The translations under genes and the position numbers were made by a program. Below the pieces are notes generated by a model. The model ran no database searches. It was not told the origin of the DNA and saw only the letters and a list, made by a program, of their open reading frames with translations. This document shows, in pieces, positions 43,049-51,798 of a stretch of 51,798 nucleotides of DNA (positions within the stretch are counted from its first letter, which is position 1; every line of letters starts with the position of its first letter). The stretch comes from Neocallimastix sp. 'constans' (taxonomy: Eukaryota): contig JBODTK010000127.1 of assembly GCA_050613775.1 (NCBI GenBank), forward strand, positions 434,001 through 485,798, in the 5' to 3' direction.

Positions 43049-45027
43049 ATGGATCTTTCAGATAAATATCCTTCAGAATTAAGTGATGAGGTTAATATCG
43101 GATTAAATAGTTAAATAAAATTAAAATTAAAAATATTAGTTTAAATATTAAAATATTATATTGTAATATTTAATTTAATAAACTAATATTATAATCCTAT
43201 TTTGAATTAATAATTATAATTATTTGTCCATATTATTTATTATTGAATTATTATTATTATTATTATTATTTATTTATTTTTTTTTTTTTTAATTTTAAAT
43301 ATCATTTATATATTTTTTTTTTCATATCATAGGATATTATACCATTTACAGCGGATGCATTAGAAGTTGTTGAAACTGTAGTTTCATTCTTTTGTGATTG
43401 CTTAAATAAAAATGAACCAAAATTTATTACATTATTAAATGGAAATTTATCTCCAAAGAAAGAAGATATTAATTTACATCCAAGTTTAGATGGTGATCCA
43501 ACCGAAAAAATTTGTCAAGAAACTCCTCTATTTAAAAAACCAACCGTCTTCAAATATGGTAATCCAGAAGAGAACGATATTATCACTGAAGGAAATCAGT
43601 TAACCAATGTAAATACCAGTTTCGATGATTGTATTAATAATACAGATCAAATCATTAATAAAATTGAAGATGATTTTAAAAATAAGAATAATTACACAGA
43701 TTCCATTTTCCTTTCAAGTGATAGTGAAGGTGATGATGATGATGGTGCACCAGCTTGTGTTCTTGCAGCAAAAAAGGAAGCTGAAGGTATAGTTGATCAA
43801 GAAATAACATCGAATAATAATAGTACTATTAATTCTGAAAAAAAAGTAGAAGAAAGAAATTCTACAAGTAAGACCAATATTTCCAATGATGATTCCAATG
43901 CTAATACAACCCCAACTCCTGATGAACCAACAAATGAATTAAAAAGTATAAATAACTCTTCCGTTATTTCAACTTCAAAATCAGAAGATAATAATTTAAA
44001 TGAAGAGGAAGAAACCAATAGTTTAGATTTCCCATTAGATGAAGGTGAAAAAAAGGAACCTGAATCAGCTGAAGCCACCGTTAATGAATCTATCAATCAA
44101 GAAGAAGATAATTTTGATGAAGGTAACTTTGATGATGGCAATTTTGATGAAGACACAGGTGATTTTAGTAATGAACCAAACTCTCCTTTACAACAAATAA
44201 ATGGGGATGATTCATCTAAAGAAGAAGAAGGAATTGAAAATCATGAAGAAATAGATAATCAAAATGAAAAGGTTAAATTTACTGAACAAACAGCTTTACC
44301 AACACCTATGCCAAATTTAGAAGAAATGTCAAGTAAATTTTCAAGTCAACTTTCTGTTACTTTAAATGAATTAGAATATTATAATAATCCAAATATTTAT
44401 CATGATAGTAACGATGAAATTAATTTTATTCCTATTCAAGAAAAAAGTAATTCTAATTGTGTTCGTTGGAAATATCATATTAAACATCATTCTACAAATA
44501 AAAAATTAAGATGTTCTAATTTCCTTATTATTTGGAGTCAACCAACTAAAATAAACCCAGTTCCAAAAGCTACTGCTGAAATGTGGATGATCTATTATCA
44601 TACTTCAAATGTACATTACAATATAAATTTATATATTATATATTATATATATATATTTGTTTATTATTTTATTTTATTTTTTTATTTTTTTTTTTTTTTT
44701 TTTTCATTTAAATTTATATTCATATAATGATTATAATTAACAAAAATAATTAATTTATTTTATATATTATATCAGGTTGGAAGAAAAGATGCTACAATTA
44801 CATATAGATTTAATGGATATTATAATACTCATGAAATTAATGTTCATAAATTCATGTTAGAATATAATAAATTTAAAGAAAATCCAAATGTAGAAATTAC
44901 TAAAAAGGAATTCCCAACATTGTATACACCATTAGTATTAAACCCAAAGAAATGGCTTCCAGAACTAATTCGTTCGAAGTTATTAATTTCAAATGAAATT
45001 ATGAATAAAACATTATTAGTTGATTGA
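43049..45027 (+). CDS. Acidic low-complexity protein with C-terminal AKAP28/AKAP14-like domain; exons 43049-43090, 43333-44610, 44776-45027
   Basis: Continuous open frame 43333-44610 and two phase-0 introns. The C-terminal WKYHIK...IIWSQPTKINPVPKATAEMW...ITYRFNG resembles the WS.PT...P.P.ATA motif I recall from AKAP14. The gene model is well supported; the family call is tentative. Confidence 0.6.
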
Positions 45028-45038
45028 ATGGAAAATAA

Positions 45039-45072
<34 letters not shown>

Positions 45073-45690
45073 TAATTGCTTTATTTTTATTATTTCTATA
45101 ATCAATAATAATATATAAATTTAAAATGTAATTAATATCAATAAAGTAGTTTTATTTTCAATTTTCATTAATAACAAAAGAATAATATTAGTAAGATAAT
45201 AACATATAAATATTAAAAATTATAATTATGCAATATACCCATTGTTAAAAAAAAAAAAGTATTTTTTTTATATTCATTTTTATTTCATTAATATTATTAT
45301 TATTATTATTATTATTTTATTTTTAATTTATTTTATTATTAAAAATATTAACATGAATAAAAATAATAGTTTTATATGTAAAATATATATAATAATAAAA
45401 ATATATATTTTTTTTTATAAAAATTTTTAATAAAATTTTTTTTTTTTTATAATATTAACAAAAATAAAAATATTTATTTTATAGAAAAGTGATTACTAAA
45501 CTAGTTTTAATTAAATTTTTAATAATATATTATAGATATTAATTTATTATTAATTTAGATTTATTAATTTTAATTAATAAAAAAAAAATTAATATTAAAA
45601 AAAAAAAATAAATAACAATTTATTTTAATATTTTAATGTAAAAATGAGGGTTTAAATAATTTATTAAACTATTATATTTTATTTTAGAAT

Positions 45691-45730
<40 letters not shown>

Positions 45731-45774
45731 TATTTGTGCAAAAGGAGAGATTTCTATTTAAAATAAATAAAAAG

Positions 45775-46490
45775 ATGAGACAAGAAGCTGTATATGAAGA
45801 ATTAGAATATTTAGGTAAAATTAGATATGGATTAAAACCTAATTCTGAAATTTATATAAAAAAAAATGCCAATAATGAAATATTAAATTATATTGCTGAT
45901 ACTACTCATATGGGTGTTATGGATGTTGATATCACTACTTCATTGCTAAAAGATAATTCAAATTTTGTTACTTTAAAGGAACTCGATCAAGTAAAATCAA
46001 AAATTACTAATGAAGAAGTAAATTTTGTAATATTTAAATGTTGTTTAATTGAGAATGTATGGATAGTTGTTAAACTTAGTGACAGTGGATATACGGTAAG
46101 ATAATATTTTTTAATTTTGAAAAGCATCATTATTAATATTATTAAAAAATTACATACATACATATATAATTAAATTTTGAAATAAAAAATTTATTTTTCT
46201 TTTTTCTTTTTATATTATTTCTTATTTTTTAATTTTTTATTTTAAATATATTTAAACTTTTATTTTTTTTTTCTTTTTAAATTTTCAAATTTAATTCATT
46301 ACAATTTTAAATAATATAATTTATGTAACTAGGTATATATTTTTTATACTTTCTCTAATAATTTTATATTAAAATTAAATATTTAATTATATAAATATTT
46401 AAGGTAATTGATACATTTTCAGAAAAACCAACATTTGAAAATTTAAATGATTTTAATTTTAGTTTTGGACAAAATAGAGAAGGTTAATAT

Positions 46491-46532
<42 letters not shown>

Positions 46533-46930
46533 TTTTATTTTTTTTTTTTTTATTTTTTTTTTTATTTTATTTTATGAAAAAAATTTCTAAATAATACATG
46601 AATATTTTTATTTATTAATAATATTTAATAATATTTCAATTTAAACTAATATCAATAAATCCACTTTCTTTTTATAAATATCTATCTTTCATTATTTTTA
46701 ATATTATAACAAAAATAAATATATAAATAAAATTAATATTTTATTGTTAATAAAAAAAAATTTTTTTTGTCTCAGCTGAAGAAGCATTATATCCTTATAT
46801 CAATTTCTCTTTTGAAACTATGGAAAATCTTTTGCATACTGTAAGTCCAAGCTTTCGCGGAGAATTCAAAGATAGTCTTATTAATAAACTACAGTTAGAA
46901 TTAGAAAAATATAATGAAGAGGGAAACTAA
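45775..46930 (+). CDS. GSKIP (DUF727) domain protein, three exons (45775-46095, 46404-46482, 46776-46930)
   Basis: The spliced C-terminus FETMENLLHTVSPSFRGEFKDSLINKL matches the ET..xLL..xSP.YR..F...L..KL motif of GSK3-beta interaction protein. It is preceded by LIENVWIVVKLSDSGYT|V. The start codon is uncertain. Confidence 0.7.
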
Positions 46931-47093
46931 AATTCATTTAATTATTTTTATTATTAATATTATATCTATAACTATTATAAACCAAAATTAAATAATTATT
47001 CAATAATATTAATCATATTTAATATGATTATTATATACAATTCAAGTATATAAAAATATTTTTCTTCTTAATAATAACACTAATTCTATTGAA

Positions 47094-47148
<55 letters not shown>

Positions 47149-47291
47149 TTAAAGTAAAACAATAACAAAAATAATTAATTTAAAGCCAATAAATATTTAA
47201 TACCTATAATACTATATTTATTATTTAAAATTTACTATTAAAAAATAAAAATATAATAATAATAATAATAATATAAATAATAATAAAAAAG

Positions 47292-47322
<31 letters not shown>

Positions 47323-47384
47323 TACATAAATATAAAATTTTTTTTCTTATAATCTTTATTTTATTTTATTTTATTTAATTTTTA

Positions 47385-47540
47385 TTAATACTTTTGTATT
47401 ACTTCACTATTTATTTTACTTTTATTTTATTTTATTTTATTCAATCTGTACTTTATATTCATATTATACTATTTATTTTATTTTATTTTACTTTATTTTA
47501 TTTTATTTAATCTTATTTTATTTTATTTTATTTTATATTT
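47385..47540 (-). repeat. Inverted, diverged relative of the 17.7-18.9 kb composite repeat
   Basis: 47441-47471 reverse-complements to TAGTATAATATGAATATAAAGTACAGATTGA and 47387-47409 to TAGTGAAGTAATACAAAAGTATT. Both are embedded in (TTTTA)n. Confidence 0.85.
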
Positions 47541-47851
47541 TAATTATTAATTATTATTTATTTATTTTTATTTTATTATTATTTATTATTTATTTATTTT
47601 TATTTTATTATTATTATTATTATTATAATTATTATTATTATTATTATTATTAATTTTTTTTTTCTTTTCATTTTTACTATTATAATTATTATTATTTTTT
47701 TTTTTATTTTTTATTTTTTTTTACTTATTCGCTATAAGCAATAAAAAAAAAATAAATAAATAAAAAATAAATAAATAAATAAATAAAAATAATACAATAG
47801 ACAATAAAATATTAATAAAATTATTAATTTATTATTATTAATTTTAATTTT

Positions 47852-47904
<53 letters not shown>

Positions 47905-48242
47905 TTAAATATATTTTTTTTTACTTAATTACTACTATACAGGAAATATAATAATAAATATAATAACAACATAACAATATTAATAGTAATAAATGAATAT
48001 GTTTATTTATTTAGTTGTTGTGTTAATAAGAAGGTATTGTAACATATAATGGTATACTTTATATAAATTATTCATTTTATTATTATTATTATTATTATTA
48101 TTATCTTAATAATATTAATCATTTATTATCATACTCTAAAATTTAATAATAGAAACTAATGAATAATAAATTAAAATAACATATATATTTATATAAATGA
48201 AATATTTTAAAAAAAAACATTAAATATTAAATTAAATCCATA

Positions 48243-48283
<41 letters not shown>

Positions 48284-48295
48284 AAAATTTACTAC

Positions 48296-48330
<35 letters not shown>

Positions 48331-48335
48331 TAGTA

Positions 48336-51798
<3,463 letters not shown>

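Overview
Extremely AT-rich, intron-rich eukaryotic DNA, most consistent with an anaerobic gut fungus (Neocallimastigomycota). This is inferred from two fungal dockerin (CBM10-like) domains, long A/T and (AAT)n tracts and short AT-rich introns. Nine spliced host genes can be reconstructed by eye. They are a secreted GH16 (endo-beta-1,3-galactanase-like) with a separate double-dockerin exon, a bacterial-type Fe-SOD, exosome RRP46, RFC2 (human RFC4), a secreted CE4 polysaccharide deacetylase, a DUF726/TMCO4 lipase-like protein, an AKAP14/AKAP28-like protein, a GSKIP-domain protein and the 3' part of IRE1. Mobile DNA comprises one intact young Ty1/copia element (263-bp LTRs that look identical, TTGAT target duplication), a decayed second copia fragment and a decayed Ty3/gypsy pol. 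There are four main highlights. (1) The copia primer-binding site matches the 5' half (D-arm plus anticodon arm) of tRNA-Lys(CUU), implying priming by a cleaved half-tRNA. (2) The GH16 stop codon overlaps a splice donor, so one gene could make free or dockerin-bearing enzyme. (3) A ~30-bp unit is arrayed between variable (TAAAA)n spacers, with an inverted relative ~29 kb away. (4) Two putative PKA-anchoring genes are adjacent. All family calls come from recognised motifs, not database searches.
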